Shown here: positions 33,339 through 43,880 of the stretch, in pieces | How positions within the stretch are numbered: the stretch's first letter is position 1 | How the letters are laid out: every line of letters starts with the position of its first letter | From: an uncultured Planctomycetaceae bacterium | Lineage (GTDB): Bacteria; Planctomycetota; Planctomycetia; Planctomycetales; Planctomycetaceae | Direction of reading: 5' to 3' | Length of the DNA: 64,000 nt | NCBI GenBank assembly: GCA_963815195.1 | Contig: CAWFGE010000021.1 | Location: 160,001 to 224,000, forward strand | Position numbers and translations under genes: made by a program | Notes under the pieces: generated by a model | What the model saw: only the letters and a program-made list of their open reading frames with translations | What the model was told of the DNA's origin: nothing | Databases searched by the model: none

Positions 33339-35599
33339 TGAGCGTGCGTGGATTTTTATCGGGCATCCTCCTGGTCGCCCTGGCGAGTACGGCGAACGCT
33401 CAAACGTTGCATCAACCTTTCCGGCCGCCGATCACCGCCCGCAAAATTCGAATCGCCATTGACGATGCCGTGTTGCATCTGCGAAGCCAGCAGCAAGAGA
33501 ACGGGGCGATCATCGATTACGACAACCCGGGCGGCGGCACATCGCTGGCCGCGCTGGCGATGTTGGCCGCGGGCGTGGATCCGGTGTCGGACAAACAACT
33601 GCAAAAGGCGCTCGATTACCTGGGCCAACTCGAACCGAACAACACCTATATTCGCGGAATACGGGCGAATGTCTGGGAGTACGCCCTGCGAAAAGCCCCG
33701 CACGAGAAAAAGTATCGCGATCTGCTCAAGAAGGATTTCGATTGGCTGATAGAGGCCATCGGAGACCGGGAGGGCTGGCGGTACAATATGCAGTCGCGGG
33801 ATTGGGATAACTCCTGCACGCAATACGGTGTCCTCGGCGTGTGGGCCGCGACGCGCGGGGGAATCGATCCCGGGGACAAATTTTGGAAAACGATGTCCAC
33901 GCACTTTCGCAAATGCCAAAATGCCGACGGCGGTTGGGGATACACTCACAGTGGGGCGTCGACGCCCAACATGGCGACCGCGGGGCTGGCGAGCATGTTT
34001 CTCGTGTTCGACACGTTTCACGGCAAAAATTTTTACTCCGCCAAAAACCCGCGGACTTTTGAAGGCGGCGATGCCGCCGCGGTGCTCAAATCCATTGAGC
34101 GCGGCATGAAGTGGCTCGGGCCGTCCCAAGGCGACAAATCGGACGGCTATTACCTTTATGGAATCGAGCGCACCGGCGTGGCCAGCGGCCGAAAATACAT
34201 CGGCGGCGAAGACTGGTTTGCCAAGGGCGCGACGACGGTGCTGGCCGCTCAACGAAACGATGGTTCCATCCCGCTGTGCCGATGGGGAGCCCAGTATGGA
34301 ACGCCGCTCTGCACGTTGTTCCTCGTCTACGGCGGCGCGCCGGTGGCGTTCAACAAACTCCAATACGGGACTGGACATGACTGGAACCTGAACCCCCGCG
34401 ACCTGGCGAATCTCTCCAAAGAGTTGTGGTCGGCCTACGAACGGCCCATTAACTGGCAAACCGTTTCGATTGATGCCCCCCATGCGGAACTCGAAGCCCC
34501 GGTTCTGTTCATCAGCGGAACCAAAGCCGCCGAGTTCGATGAGAGTCAGATGGTCAAACTTCGGGAATATATTCAGCGGGGAGGGACCATTCTCGCGGAA
34601 CCGAGCGATCACAGCCCGGCCTTTGCAAATTCGATGAAGAAACTCTTGAGGGATATGTTCGACGAGCGGGAGTATCCCGCCATCCAACTCCAGCCGATTC
34701 CAGCCGAGCACCCAATCTATACCGTCATCAAACAGGATTGGAAAAACCGTCCCAAACTGCAAGGGGCTTCCGACGGTTCGCGTGTGTTCTTTGTTCTCTC
34801 CGAAGAATATCTCTCGGCCGACTGGCAAATGAACCACACGGACAGCGATGCCTTCAAACTGGCGATGAACCTTCTGTTTTATGTGACGGACCTGGGCGCG
34901 CTGCCCGGCAAATTCACGTCCATCTTGCCGGACACCGAACCGGCGCCCGCCACGAAGAAGACCGTCACGCTTGCTCGCGGGCGGTTTCATAGCGAATCCC
35001 CCTCGACCCGCGATTGGGATGCCGCCGAAATGACATGGTTGACGATGGCGGAGTACGTGCGGCATGTCACAGGTTATGAACTGAAAGAGAGTTCCCCCGT
35101 TCACCTGAACGCCGAAGCCCTCAAAACAATCCAATTGTTGCATCTGAGCGGACGGCACAAGTTCCACCTCCGTGAGGAAGAACGCCTGGCTCTCAAGGGG
35201 TATGTGGAAAACGGGGGAACGATTTTGGTCGATGCGTTCGCGGGATCGAATGAATTCGCCGAATCGGCCAGGAACGAATTGGAAGCGGTGTTTGGCGAAC
35301 TCCAACCCTTGGACAAAGAGGATCCACTTTCCGCGGGTCAGTTTGCCGGTGGGGCCGATCTCTCTCAAGACGTCCGTTACAAGTTGCCTGCGCGATTGGT
35401 GCTTCGCAAACGCCAACAAGCAACGCGCGGGCAGCACCTTTTGGTCGCCGAGCACCAGAACCGGCCCGCGGTGATTTTTTCGGAGTTCGATCTTTCCGCC
35501 GCCATCGCGGGACAGACACCCTACCGGGCCCTTGGCTACAAACCGGACTCGGCCCGAAAAATCGTCGCCAACCTCGTTGCCTACATCATGGCCGACTAA
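33335..35599 (+). CDS. DUF4159 protein with prenyltransferase/squalene-cyclase-like repeat barrel
   Basis: DNSCTQYGVLG, QNADGGWGY, YYLYGIERTG, two LxxYxxxGGTIL modules; ATGA coupling to vWA gene. Confidence 0.8.
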   Translation: MMSVRGFLSGILLVALASTANAQTLHQPFRPPITARKIRIAIDDAVLHLRSQQQENGAIIDYDNPGGGTSLAALAMLAAGVDPVSDKQLQKALDYLGQLEPNNTYIRGIRANVWEYALRKAPHEKKYRDLLKKDFDWLIEAIGDREGWRYNMQSRDWDNSCTQYGVLGVWAATRGGIDPGDKFWKTMSTHFRKCQNADGGWGYTHSGASTPNMATAGLASMFLVFDTFHGKNFYSAKNPRTFEGGDAAAVLKSIERGMKWLGPSQGDKSDGYYLYGIERTGVASGRKYIGGEDWFAKGATTVLAAQRNDGSIPLCRWGAQYGTPLCTLFLVYGGAPVAFNKLQYGTGHDWNLNPRDLANLSKELWSAYERPINWQTVSIDAPHAELEAPVLFISGTKAAEFDESQMVKLREYIQRGGTILAEPSDHSPAFANSMKKLLRDMFDEREYPAIQLQPIPAEHPIYTVIKQDWKNRPKLQGASDGSRVFFVLSEEYLSADWQMNHTDSDAFKLAMNLLFYVTDLGALPGKFTSILPDTEPAPATKKTVTLARGRFHSESPSTRDWDAAEMTWLTMAEYVRHVTGYELKESSPVHLNAEALKTIQLLHLSGRHKFHLREEERLALKGYVENGGTILVDAFAGSNEFAESARNELEAVFGELQPLDKEDPLSAGQFAGGADLSQDVRYKLPARLVLRKRQQATRGQHLLVAEHQNRPAVIFSEFDLSAAIAGQTPYRALGYKPDSARKIVANLVAYIMAD

Positions 35600-35725
35600 A
35601 AATGGAAATTCCCATCCGCTCAGTCCGGGTGAACTCCGATCACCCGGATGCCATGCAGTCCGCAATTTCCAAAAACCTGACCGCCAAGGTTCTGGTCGAA
35701 GCAGAGAAACAGTGCAGGGAAAACG

Positions 35726-37146
35726 ATGCCGGGTCCGAATATTTTGTGGATTTGCACCGATCAGCAGCGGTTTGACACGATCGCGGCCCTGGGCAATTCT
35801 TTGATCCGCACGCCGAATGTCGATCGGCTCGTGGCCGAGGGCGTGGCGTTCACCCAGGCCTACGCCCAAAGTCCCGTCTGCACGCCGAGCCGGGCGGCGA
35901 TGCTCACCGGCCGCTATCCCCGCACAACCCGCTGCCGGCAAAACGGGCAGCAGATTCCCTCCGACGAACGCCTGCTTCCGCGGATCCTGGCCGATCACGG
36001 TTACTTTTGCGGACTCGCGGGCAAACTGCACTTGAGTTCCTGCGCAGGCGGCCGCGTGGAGCAGCGGATCGACGATGGCTACCAGGTCTTCCATTGGAGC
36101 CATCACCCCCAGCCCGATTGGCCGGAAAACGCTTACACCCAATGGCTCGCCGAGAAAGGCAAGACCTGGAAAGCGCTTTACACCGGCGAGTCCACGCGGT
36201 TTACCAAGCGAGGCGTTCCCGCGGAGTACCACCAAACCACGTGGTGCGCCGAGAAAGCCTGCGAGTTCATCGAGGACCGGGCGGACGCGGAATCGCCTTG
36301 GTTGTTCAGCGTGAATTTTTACGCGCCGCATCATCCGTTCGATCCGCCGGGCGAGTATCTCGACCGCTATAATCCCGCCGACATGCCGCTGCCCAAATTC
36401 CGCGAAGGCGAACTCGCGAACAAACCCAGGTTTCAACAACTCGACCACGTCTGGCGCACAACACGCCGGGCTATTATCCCACCGGCGAGATGTCGCCCGA
36501 CGAAGCCCGGCAAGTCGTCGCGGCTTATTATGCGATGATCGAGCACATCGATCACGAAGTCGGCCGGATGCTGAAAGCCTTAGACGACACCGGGCAGCGG
36601 GAGAACACGATCGTGATTTTTATGTCCGACCACGGCGAGATGCTGGGCGATCACGGATTGCTTTTGAAGGGGCCGCACTTTTACGATGAGGCCGTCCGCG
36701 TGCCCTTGGTCGTGCGCTGGCCGGGAAAGTTTCGAGAAGGCCTCTTGGCGGAGGGTTTGATCGAACTCGTGGATCTGGCCCCGACGCTGCTCGAGTGCGC
36801 GGAGCTTCCGGCTGAACCCCAGATACAGGGACGGTCATTCCGTTCGATCTTAACCGGCGAAGCCGACCCGTCTCGGTTTCGGGATTATGTGTATAGCGAA
36901 TATCTCAACGCGTGGACGCATCCGGGTGCCTACGCCACGATGCTCCGCACGGCCGAGGAAAAGATCGTTGTGTATCACGGCAGCGAGCCCGGGGAACTTT
37001 ACGACCTGGCGGCCGATCCGGACGAGTTTGACAACCTCTGGGACCGTCCCGATCAGGCGGCGAGAAAAGTTCGGCTCCTGAAAGCCGCCTGCGATCGGAT
37101 CGCATTCACGGCCGACCCCTGCCCCCCGCGATTGGGGCCGTTTTAA
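35726..37146 (+). CDS. Cys-type sulfatase; apparent missing base near 36454
   Basis: PNILWICTDQQR, CTPSRAAMLTG, GKLH, PHHPFDPP, MSDHGEMLGDHG across two frames. Confidence 0.88.
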
Positions 37147-37278
37147 CGCGATTTGTGCAACGCCCGGCGTAAAAATTACAATCGGTCCGAGAAATTCGCA
37201 CTCCGGCCGGATGATGAATTCCCAAAAACGGCCTGGAATTCCGGCGTTTTTTCTTCGGATTCCCAATGACCCGGCGTT

Positions 37279-37294
37279 TGGCCCGCATCTTGCT
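37279..37294 (+). promoter_or_regulatory. Putative sigma-54 (-24/-12) promoter
   Basis: TGGCCCGCATCTTGCT, GG-N10-GC, 70 bp upstream of CDS 37364. Confidence 0.65.
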
Positions 37295-37363
37295 TTGGAA
37301 GACAGTTCGGAAGACTTCTTTTGATGACGGACAAACACCGCGAAGGGATCTGGAGGCGGAATC

Positions 37364-38074
37364 ATGGCGAAATTGCGATATTTGTTGTGGCTGGCGGCGG
37401 CGGTTTTGGGAATCGCTGCCCCGCGTTTGCTGGCGGGAACCGTGGACCTGGCGACACAGTGCGAGTTCTCGGGCCAAGTGGCCGATATGTCCCAGACCAC
37501 GCAAAAGCTCGGCGTGGCGATCCGCGTGGACATGCGCGGCGTGAGCTACTCCGGCAAGCTCACGCGGACGCTGCTCGAACAATCCCAACCGGGCAAAGTC
37601 ACGTTATGGTTCGGACTGCGGAACGTGCGGCTCAACGTGAAACGCATCGACATCGCCGGCGGTCCCGGCGGGGCCGCGTGCGGTCCGATGGACGTGGTCC
37701 TCGGCCATCAAAAAGAACTCTGGCTGGCGTTCGACATCGAAGCCGACAGCAAGGCGGGCTCCTCGCAGATGGTCGTCCGCAAGGTGCGGTTTCAGTTGCC
37801 TGCCGACAACTGGGCCATCGGCCGGCCGGCTTGGGTGCGAACGCAGGGGCTCGGATTCACGCAGCAAAACGTCGTGGAAGGCCTCCGCGAAGGCATCGCC
37901 CAGGACCGGTTGAGACTCGAGCAAAAGCTGCTCAAGGATGCCCCGCAAATCCTCACGCAGGTGGTCAAGCAAACCACGCCTCAAAACGCGGAAAGCCCGA
38001 TGGTGCGGGCCATCCGCAGCCGGCTGACGGGCAGCCGCCAAGACAGCCAGGCCATTTCGTCATCCTCGCCGTGA
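37364..38074 (+). CDS. Hypothetical secreted protein
   Basis: Signal peptide, GGAGG RBS, beta-rich body. Confidence 0.75.
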   Translation: MAKLRYLLWLAAAVLGIAAPRLLAGTVDLATQCEFSGQVADMSQTTQKLGVAIRVDMRGVSYSGKLTRTLLEQSQPGKVTLWFGLRNVRLNVKRIDIAGGPGGAACGPMDVVLGHQKELWLAFDIEADSKAGSSQMVVRKVRFQLPADNWAIGRPAWVRTQGLGFTQQNVVEGLREGIAQDRLRLEQKLLKDAPQILTQVVKQTTPQNAESPMVRAIRSRLTGSRQDSQAISSSSP

Positions 38075-38121
38075 CCCGAGAACCTAGATGTTTATTTCGT
38101 AAGTTTCTCGGCAGCTTTATG

Positions 38122-38316
38122 AGCCCGAAGCGCAAGCGAGGGTCGCCGCACGGCGCTAGCCCCGGTTTTCGTGGGCGAAGTGGAAGTTACCTGTCGGGCG
38201 ACTCGGATTTTGGGATGATCTGCACCGGCCCGAAGCGCCGTTTTGAAGTTGCGCTTTTGCGGAGTCGCGAAGCGACGGAAGCAGATAGCTTGGGCGTAAA
38301 CCGGCGTAAGCCCAAG
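38122..38316. repeat. Composite REP-like cluster between convergent genes
   Basis: AGCCCGAAGCGCAAGCGAGGG; GTTTTGAAGTTGCGC..AGTCGCGAAGCGACGG is an inverted relative of 24363-24429. Confidence 0.65.
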
Positions 38317-38349
38317 ACCTCAGGCTCAAAGAAACGATGATCGTGACGA

Positions 38350-39783
38350 TCAACGAAGGTCCCGTGCCCACTCCTTCGTGTGCACGTCGCTGCGGATGCG
38401 CCATTCCCTGAGCACGTCCAACAGTTCGCGTTTTTTCTCCTGATGGGCCGGGTCGTTCCAGAGGTTTTTGACCTCGTCGGGGTCGGTTTTCAAGTCGAAG
38501 AGTTGCCCGGTGGGTTCATCCAGGAAATGGACCAGCTTCCAATTCCGGCTTCTGACCATCGTCATAAAATCGGTGTCGGTGAGGATGTTGTCCCGGCCAT
38601 GCTCGGCGAAGACGTAATCCCGGCCCTGCCAGTCTTCGCCTTTAAGAGCCGGGAGCAGCGATCGGGCTTCCATCGTCGGCGAAGGTTCGAGGCCCGCCAG
38701 TTCCAAGAGGGCCGGGCCTAAATCCATCTGCTGGCAGAGGCCGTCCAATTTCCGGCCGCCTTCAAAACGTCCCGGTGCCCAGACGATCGTGGGCATCCGC
38801 GTGATGAGATCGTACATCGTCCATTTCTGGCTGTGGCCGTGGTCGGTCAGGCAATCGCCATGATCGGACGTAAACACGATCACCGCGTTCTCCAGATAGC
38901 CTTTCTCGTCGAGAGCCTCCAGAATCTCGCCGATCTTCTTGTCGATCATCGTCACGTTCGCCAGGTAATACGCCCGCTGCCGATGCCGTTGCGCTTCGGT
39001 CGGATTCAACATGTGCACGACGGAATCGTGATCGACCTGGGTGTTATGGATGCGGAGTTCCTTGAACGGGGCCGGCTGGTTGTCGAGTTCCTCCTCGGTC
39101 ACCGGCAAGAGCGGCAGGTCCTTCTTCATGTAAGGCTCGGCGTATTCGGGCGTGGGATCATAAGGCGGATGCGGACCCGGAAAGCCGATCTCCAAAAACA
39201 ACGGCTGCTCGGATTTGGGTTTCGTGCGAATCCACCACGCCGCCATCTCGCCCACGAACATGTCCGGGTGCATGTCCTCCGGCAGTTCCCACTCGAACGC
39301 CCCCAGGCACTCGTTGTAATCGGTCCGCTGGCGGTAAAGCTCGCGCTGCTGCTTGACCAGCCCCCGCGCCCGCAGGGCTTTGTCCCATTCATCGAAGTAC
39401 CACCGCTCTTCGAGGTAGCGGTCTTTGTTCTCGACGACGTACCGTTCGTCAAAGCCGAGCTGCGTGTGATAAGGGTAGCTGTGCATCTTGCCGATGTTGA
39501 CGGTGCGGTAGCCGCTCTCGGCGAGCTTTTCAATCCACGAATGCCGCCAGAGGTCCGCGTTTTTTAAGATGCCGGTGGTGTGCGGATAATAGCCCGTGAA
39601 CAGACTCGCCCGCGACGGCGCACACGAAGCCGCGGTCACATGGCAGTTGGTGAAAGTCACGCCCTCGCTCACCAGCCGGTCGAGGTTGGGCGTGTCCATG
39701 TAGTCGAAACCCAGGGCGCGGATCGTATCGAACCGCTGCTGGTCGGTGATGATAAAAACGAGATGCGGACGCTCGTCGGGCAT
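38350..39783 (-). CDS. Cys-type sulfatase (cytoplasmic, choline-sulfatase-like)
   Basis: PHLVFIITDQQR, CAPSRASLFTG, GKMH, PHPPYDP, TSDHGDCLTDHG. Confidence 0.92.
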   Translation of the reverse strand: MPDERPHLVFIITDQQRFDTIRALGFDYMDTPNLDRLVSEGVTFTNCHVTAASCAPSRASLFTGYYPHTTGILKNADLWRHSWIEKLAESGYRTVNIGKMHSYPYHTQLGFDERYVVENKDRYLEERWYFDEWDKALRARGLVKQQRELYRQRTDYNECLGAFEWELPEDMHPDMFVGEMAAWWIRTKPKSEQPLFLEIGFPGPHPPYDPTPEYAEPYMKKDLPLLPVTEEELDNQPAPFKELRIHNTQVDHDSVVHMLNPTEAQRHRQRAYYLANVTMIDKKIGEILEALDEKGYLENAVIVFTSDHGDCLTDHGHSQKWTMYDLITRMPTIVWAPGRFEGGRKLDGLCQQMDLGPALLELAGLEPSPTMEARSLLPALKGEDWQGRDYVFAEHGRDNILTDTDFMTMVRSRNWKLVHFLDEPTGQLFDLKTDPDEVKNLWNDPAHQEKKRELLDVLREWRIRSDVHTKEWARDLR

Positions 39784-40015
39784 GGTTTCGATGCTTTCTT
39801 TTGTGTACGGTGGAGTGCCGATAGTTGAGAGCCGCCGGCGGCAAATGTCAAGCGTGTTGGTCCGCTGTGCGGTTGACCAACGAAGCAGGATGTGTTTGGA
39901 CGGAAGAGGTTCGACGACCGCACCGAGATGGCCGTCTGTAGAGAAAAAAGTCTCCGCCATTCTCCGGGGTTCGTTGAATTTCATTTTAATTCTTTATCAG
40001 TGAGGACCCCCTTTC

Positions 40016-41139
40016 GTGCCGTACGCTCAGTTTGATCGTTACGCGGTTCGCATGCAGCCGCTCTCGGCCCGTACGAATAAAAAGCGGATCGACCAGGACC
40101 ACATCTCGCCGGACAGCCCCGCGCCGAGTTGCCGGCGGCGTCCCGGGAGCTTTTGGAAGACGCCGCCGACCGGATTCGCCGGGCCCGCGGCCAGGATCGG
40201 CCGGTGGTCGTGGCGTTTGGGGCGCACGCCATCAAGAACGGTTTGGGGCCGGTGTTTCTGCGTCTGGTGGAACGGGGCTGGTTCACGCATCTCGCCACGA
40301 ATGGGGCGGGGATCATCCACGACTGGGAGTTCAGTTTCCAGGGGCAAAGCTCGGAAGATGTCCAGGCGATGGTCCACGAAGGCCGCTTCGGGAACTGGGA
40401 AGAGACGGGCCTTTATATCAATCTGGCTCTCAACATCGGAGCCTTCGAAGGCAAAGGCTACGGCGAATCGATCGGGGCCATGATCGAGACCGAAGGCCTC
40501 ACGATTCCAGAGCCCGATGATCTGGCGGCCGCGATTGAGGAATGGCCGATGTCGCCGGAACGGGCCGCCGCCGCCGCGGATTTGACGCAGATCTTAAAGC
40601 GATGGTCCTGCGAGATGGGCCGGCTGAAGCTTGAACCGGGCCGATTGGCGATTCCGCATCCGTGGAAAGGATACAGCATCCAAGCCGGGGCGTATCGCTT
40701 GGGCGTGCCGTTCACGGGGCATCCGATGATCGGGCACGACATCATCTACAATCATCCCATGAACCATGGCGCGGCCTTGGGCCGCGCGGCCCAGCGGGAT
40801 TTTCTCGCCTATGCCGAAGCCATCAGCCGCATCGACGGCGGGGTGTATCTCTCCATCGGGTCGGCGGTGATGAGTCCGATGGTGTTCGAGAAGTCGCTAT
40901 CCATCTCGCAAAACATCGCGATCCAGCGCGGCGAGCACATCGACGACCATTACATCCTGGTCTGCGATCTCGCGAAATCGACCTGGGATTGGCGAAAGGG
41001 CGAACCGCCGGAGGACAACCCGGCGTATTACTTAAGGTACAATAAGTCCTTCAGCCGGATGGGCGGGACGATGCGGTATCTCGAAATCGACAACCGGGAT
41101 TTGCTGTTGTCCCTGGTGCATTTGCTGGGGGCCTCGTGA
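40016..41139 (+). CDS. Deoxyhypusine-synthase-fold-like hypothetical protein; apparent missing base near 40126
   Basis: GAHAIKNGLGP, LATNGAGIIHDWE, TGHPMIGHDIIYNHP, GSAVMSPMVFEKSLS. Confidence 0.6.
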
Positions 41140-42193
41140 TGAACACCGCCTCGCTCAGCCCGGGCCGTCTCGCGGAAATTGTCGCCAGGTTCTCCGAAAG
41201 CCGGATCGCCGTGGTCGGGGATTTCTTTCTGGATAAGTACCTGGAAATCGATCCGGCCCTCAACGAGCCAAGCCTCGAAACCGGCAAGACGGCCTACCAG
41301 GTGACATCGATGCGCTGTAACCCGGGCGCTGCGGGCACGGTGGTTTGCAATCTCGCGGCCTTGGGGGCCGGGGAACTTCACGCAGTGGGTCTCACCGGCC
41401 ACGACGGCGAAGGCTTCGAACTCCGGCGGGCTTTGGAGCAATTGGGCTGCACAACGCGGCATCTGCACGCCTCTCCAGAGCGGTTCACGCCGACCTATTT
41501 AAAACCTCGCGACCGGACCCGGCCGGGTTTGGAAGGCGAGCATTCGCGGTACGACACCAAAAACCGTACGCCCACGCCACGGCCAATTCAAAACGCGGTG
41601 CGGGCTTCGCTCGAATCATTGTTCCCCTGTGCGGACGCCGTCGTGGTGATGGATCAAGTGGAGTTGGAGAACTGCGGCGTAGTGACGACGGGGATTCGAG
41701 ACGCGATCTCGCAGTTCGCCCGCGAGAATCCGCAGGTCGTGTTCTGGGCCGACAGCCGCCGGCATATTCGGCAGTTTCGGAACGTGATTACCAAGCCGAA
41801 CCAGTTCGAAGCGCTTAAAGTTGTGCCCGCTCATCCGGACGCCGCCGTGCCGTTGGAGGAGTTGATCGAGCAAGGCCAACAGCTTCGGCAACAGACCGCC
41901 GCGCCGGTGTTTGTCACGCGGGGCGTCGAGGGGATGCTCATCTGCGACGAGGATTGCACGCTGGTTCCGGGAATGCCGATCGAAGGCCCGATTGATCCCA
42001 CGGGAGCGGGCGACAGCGCGACCGCGGGCTGCGTGCTGGCTCTCTGCACGGGGCCACGCCGGCCGAAGCGGGCGTGATCGGCAACCTCGTGGCGTCCCTC
42101 ACAGTCCAACAGCTCGCCACCACCGGCACCGCCCGGCCGGATCAACTTCCGCTGCGACTCGAAGAATGGCGAAACAGCCAGAAAGCCCGCTGA
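41136..42193 (+). CDS. PfkB/RfaE-like carbohydrate kinase; apparent missing G in run 42050-42053
   Basis: VVGDFFLDKY, PGAAGTV, KPNQFEA, VTRGVEG, DPTGAGD; restored C-terminus GNLVASLTVQQLATTGTA. Confidence 0.85.
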
Positions 42194-42197
42194 CGGA

Positions 42198-42743
42198 TTA
42201 TTCGTCTTCCTGAAGCTGTATGCGCTCGGTTTCGTATCGTTTGCGGGCGGATTTGTAGTCCTGGGCTTTTTGATAATTGCGGATCGACATCACCGCGCCG
42301 CTGATCACGAACAGCACCCCAAACGCGGGAAAGGCAAACCGGGCAATCGCGAAGGGGCCAAAATTCGGCGCGCTGGACGTGATGCCCGTCGCCATGATTG
42401 TCCAAAAGATGCCGAATACGACGATGACGATTCCTCCAACGACCGAACTGGTTTCATCGGGCAATCGCGATCGGCCGTGTTTGTCGGTCGTCATATAGGA
42501 TTCCCGCTGCTGTTCCCACATCCGGTCGAGCGCGGCCAGCTTGTTCTGGCGGGTGAGTTCCTCGACTTGCTCAGAAAGCGCCTCGGTGGTTTCCGTGAGC
42601 TGCTCGACGGCTTCCGTGAACACAGCCGACTCGGTCCGGCGGACCGCCAACTGCTGGCCGCAGTGTGTGCACTTCACATAGTTTGTGCCTTCAGGAACAT
42701 TCAGCGGAGCACCGCACGAATTGCAGCAGAGCGTTTCCATCAT
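42198..42743 (-). CDS. Zinc-ribbon membrane protein
   Basis: CNSCGAPL...CTHCG, coiled coil, two TMs. Confidence 0.78.
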   Translation of the reverse strand: MMETLCCNSCGAPLNVPEGTNYVKCTHCGQQLAVRRTESAVFTEAVEQLTETTEALSEQVEELTRQNKLAALDRMWEQQRESYMTTDKHGRSRLPDETSSVVGGIVIVVFGIFWTIMATGITSSAPNFGPFAIARFAFPAFGVLFVISGAVMSIRNYQKAQDYKSARKRYETERIQLQEDE

Positions 42744-43072
42744 CGGTCTCAGCGATTGGAGGAATCGTAGATTGGGGACGGGACTTACGTTGCCAACGTG
42801 TATGATGGGCAATCGGATGAAGAACTCAACCAGAATTTTGCGAATCTCCGCAAGATGGCATTGATGCGGACGCCATCGCAGGCCGCATTGGAAAGCCACA
42901 ATGGAACGGATTTGCCGGGAAAATCCCGGTATCCTGTTCATTATGCCGATCCTACCATCCGCTGGCGGAAAGCCATCCCTAAAGACCCCAGGATTCTCAA
43001 GTCCCCCCGTTTGTCTTTCCGATTTGGTTTAGCAATGGGGCAATTCGTCTGGGCATTTTCCTGAGGGAGTTT

Positions 43073-43360
43073 TTGCATGTCGCAATCGTCGCCGGAGTCG
43101 GTCTGCGGGCGCTCCAACACCTGCGCGAACGGCTGGAGAAGTTGAAGAACTCATGGACGGTATTACAAGGAAGGGAGGAGGACTCCGATTTCTCGTTTCA
43201 CAAAGAATGGCAAAGCAGGTGGTTGCGGATTGTTTCCGGCTTGCGGGATCTCGACGAGGCGCTGAATTGCCGGTGGGGTCGGAAAAACTGGAGGGGGCAT
43301 CCCGAGATTTTGCGATTTCCACCCGCGGAGGATGGCGTCCTCTCAATTGAGCCGTCTTAA
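43073..43360 (+). CDS. Small hypothetical helical protein
   Basis: GAGGGAG RBS before TTG; two amphipathic helices. Confidence 0.4.
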   Translation: MHVAIVAGVGLRALQHLRERLEKLKNSWTVLQGREEDSDFSFHKEWQSRWLRIVSGLRDLDEALNCRWGRKNWRGHPEILRFPPAEDGVLSIEPS

Positions 43361-43467
43361 TCCTCCCGCTGAGGATGACAAAGCGAAAGGATGGCCGTCC
43401 CTGGCCGAAAACGGCTTCCCTTGCCGTTGAGGGGATCGCATCACAGCGGATTCGAGATGTGTAAATG

Positions 43468-43646
43468 CAAAAAGCCCTCAAGAAAGGAGGGGTTCAAGAC
43501 AACCAACATCACCTTGAGCGATGGGGAACTGATTTGCAGAGTGGGTCAGGCTGCTAATCAGGGGACCTTCCACAGACTGGTTGTTGAACACCAAACCCTT
43601 TCCTGAGGGCTAGGCTGGGTAAAGGAGTGGGTGGCTTTCCCACAAT
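43468..43646 (-). ncRNA. Putative sigma-54-transcribed structured RNA (6S-like rod or sRNA), ~180 nt
   Basis: 15-bp closing stem AGCCCUCAGGAAAGG/CCUUUCUUGAGGGCU followed by U run; inner GUUCAA/UUGAAC and CAACCA/UGGUUG stems; apical UGAUUAGCAG/CUGCAAAUCA; G-U wobbles favour minus strand. Confidence 0.65.
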
Positions 43647-43656
43647 GACATAGGCA

Positions 43657-43672
43657 AGCAGGTCCCATGCCA
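43657..43672 (-). promoter_or_regulatory. Putative sigma-54 (-24/-12) promoter of the structured RNA
   Basis: Minus strand TGGCATGGGACCTGCT, GG-N10-GC; predicts +1 near 43646. Confidence 0.65.
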
Positions 43673-43771
43673 TTAAGGGGATCAATTGAAGATTTACACG
43701 AAACAAACGCCGTAATATCTTTTTTAACAGTCAGTTATGTAAAATAGCTTTGCCAAAAAAATCTTAGGGTT

Positions 43772-43858
43772 CGATGGATTTTCGGCGCCGAAACTTGCTT
43801 TTTCGGCGCCGATTCTGTTTGATGGGAGAGATCGGCGCTCGGCGCCGAATTTTCGTCG
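43772..43858. promoter_or_regulatory. Putative enhancer (UAS) palindromes for the adjacent activator
   Basis: TCGGCGCCGA at 43782, 43803 (21 bp later) and 43839. Confidence 0.55.
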
Positions 43859-43880
43859 CCCCCTTTTGTTGGGTTCATCG

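Noticed and set aside
33356..36448. 1030-aa minus-strand ORF
   Set aside because: Antisense shadow of the DUF4159 and sulfatase genes; no motifs, typical of GC-rich DNA.
42798..43064. 88-aa ORF (also 43029-43481 and 43391-43606)
   Set aside because: No RBS or recognisable features; the last two overlap the structured RNA.
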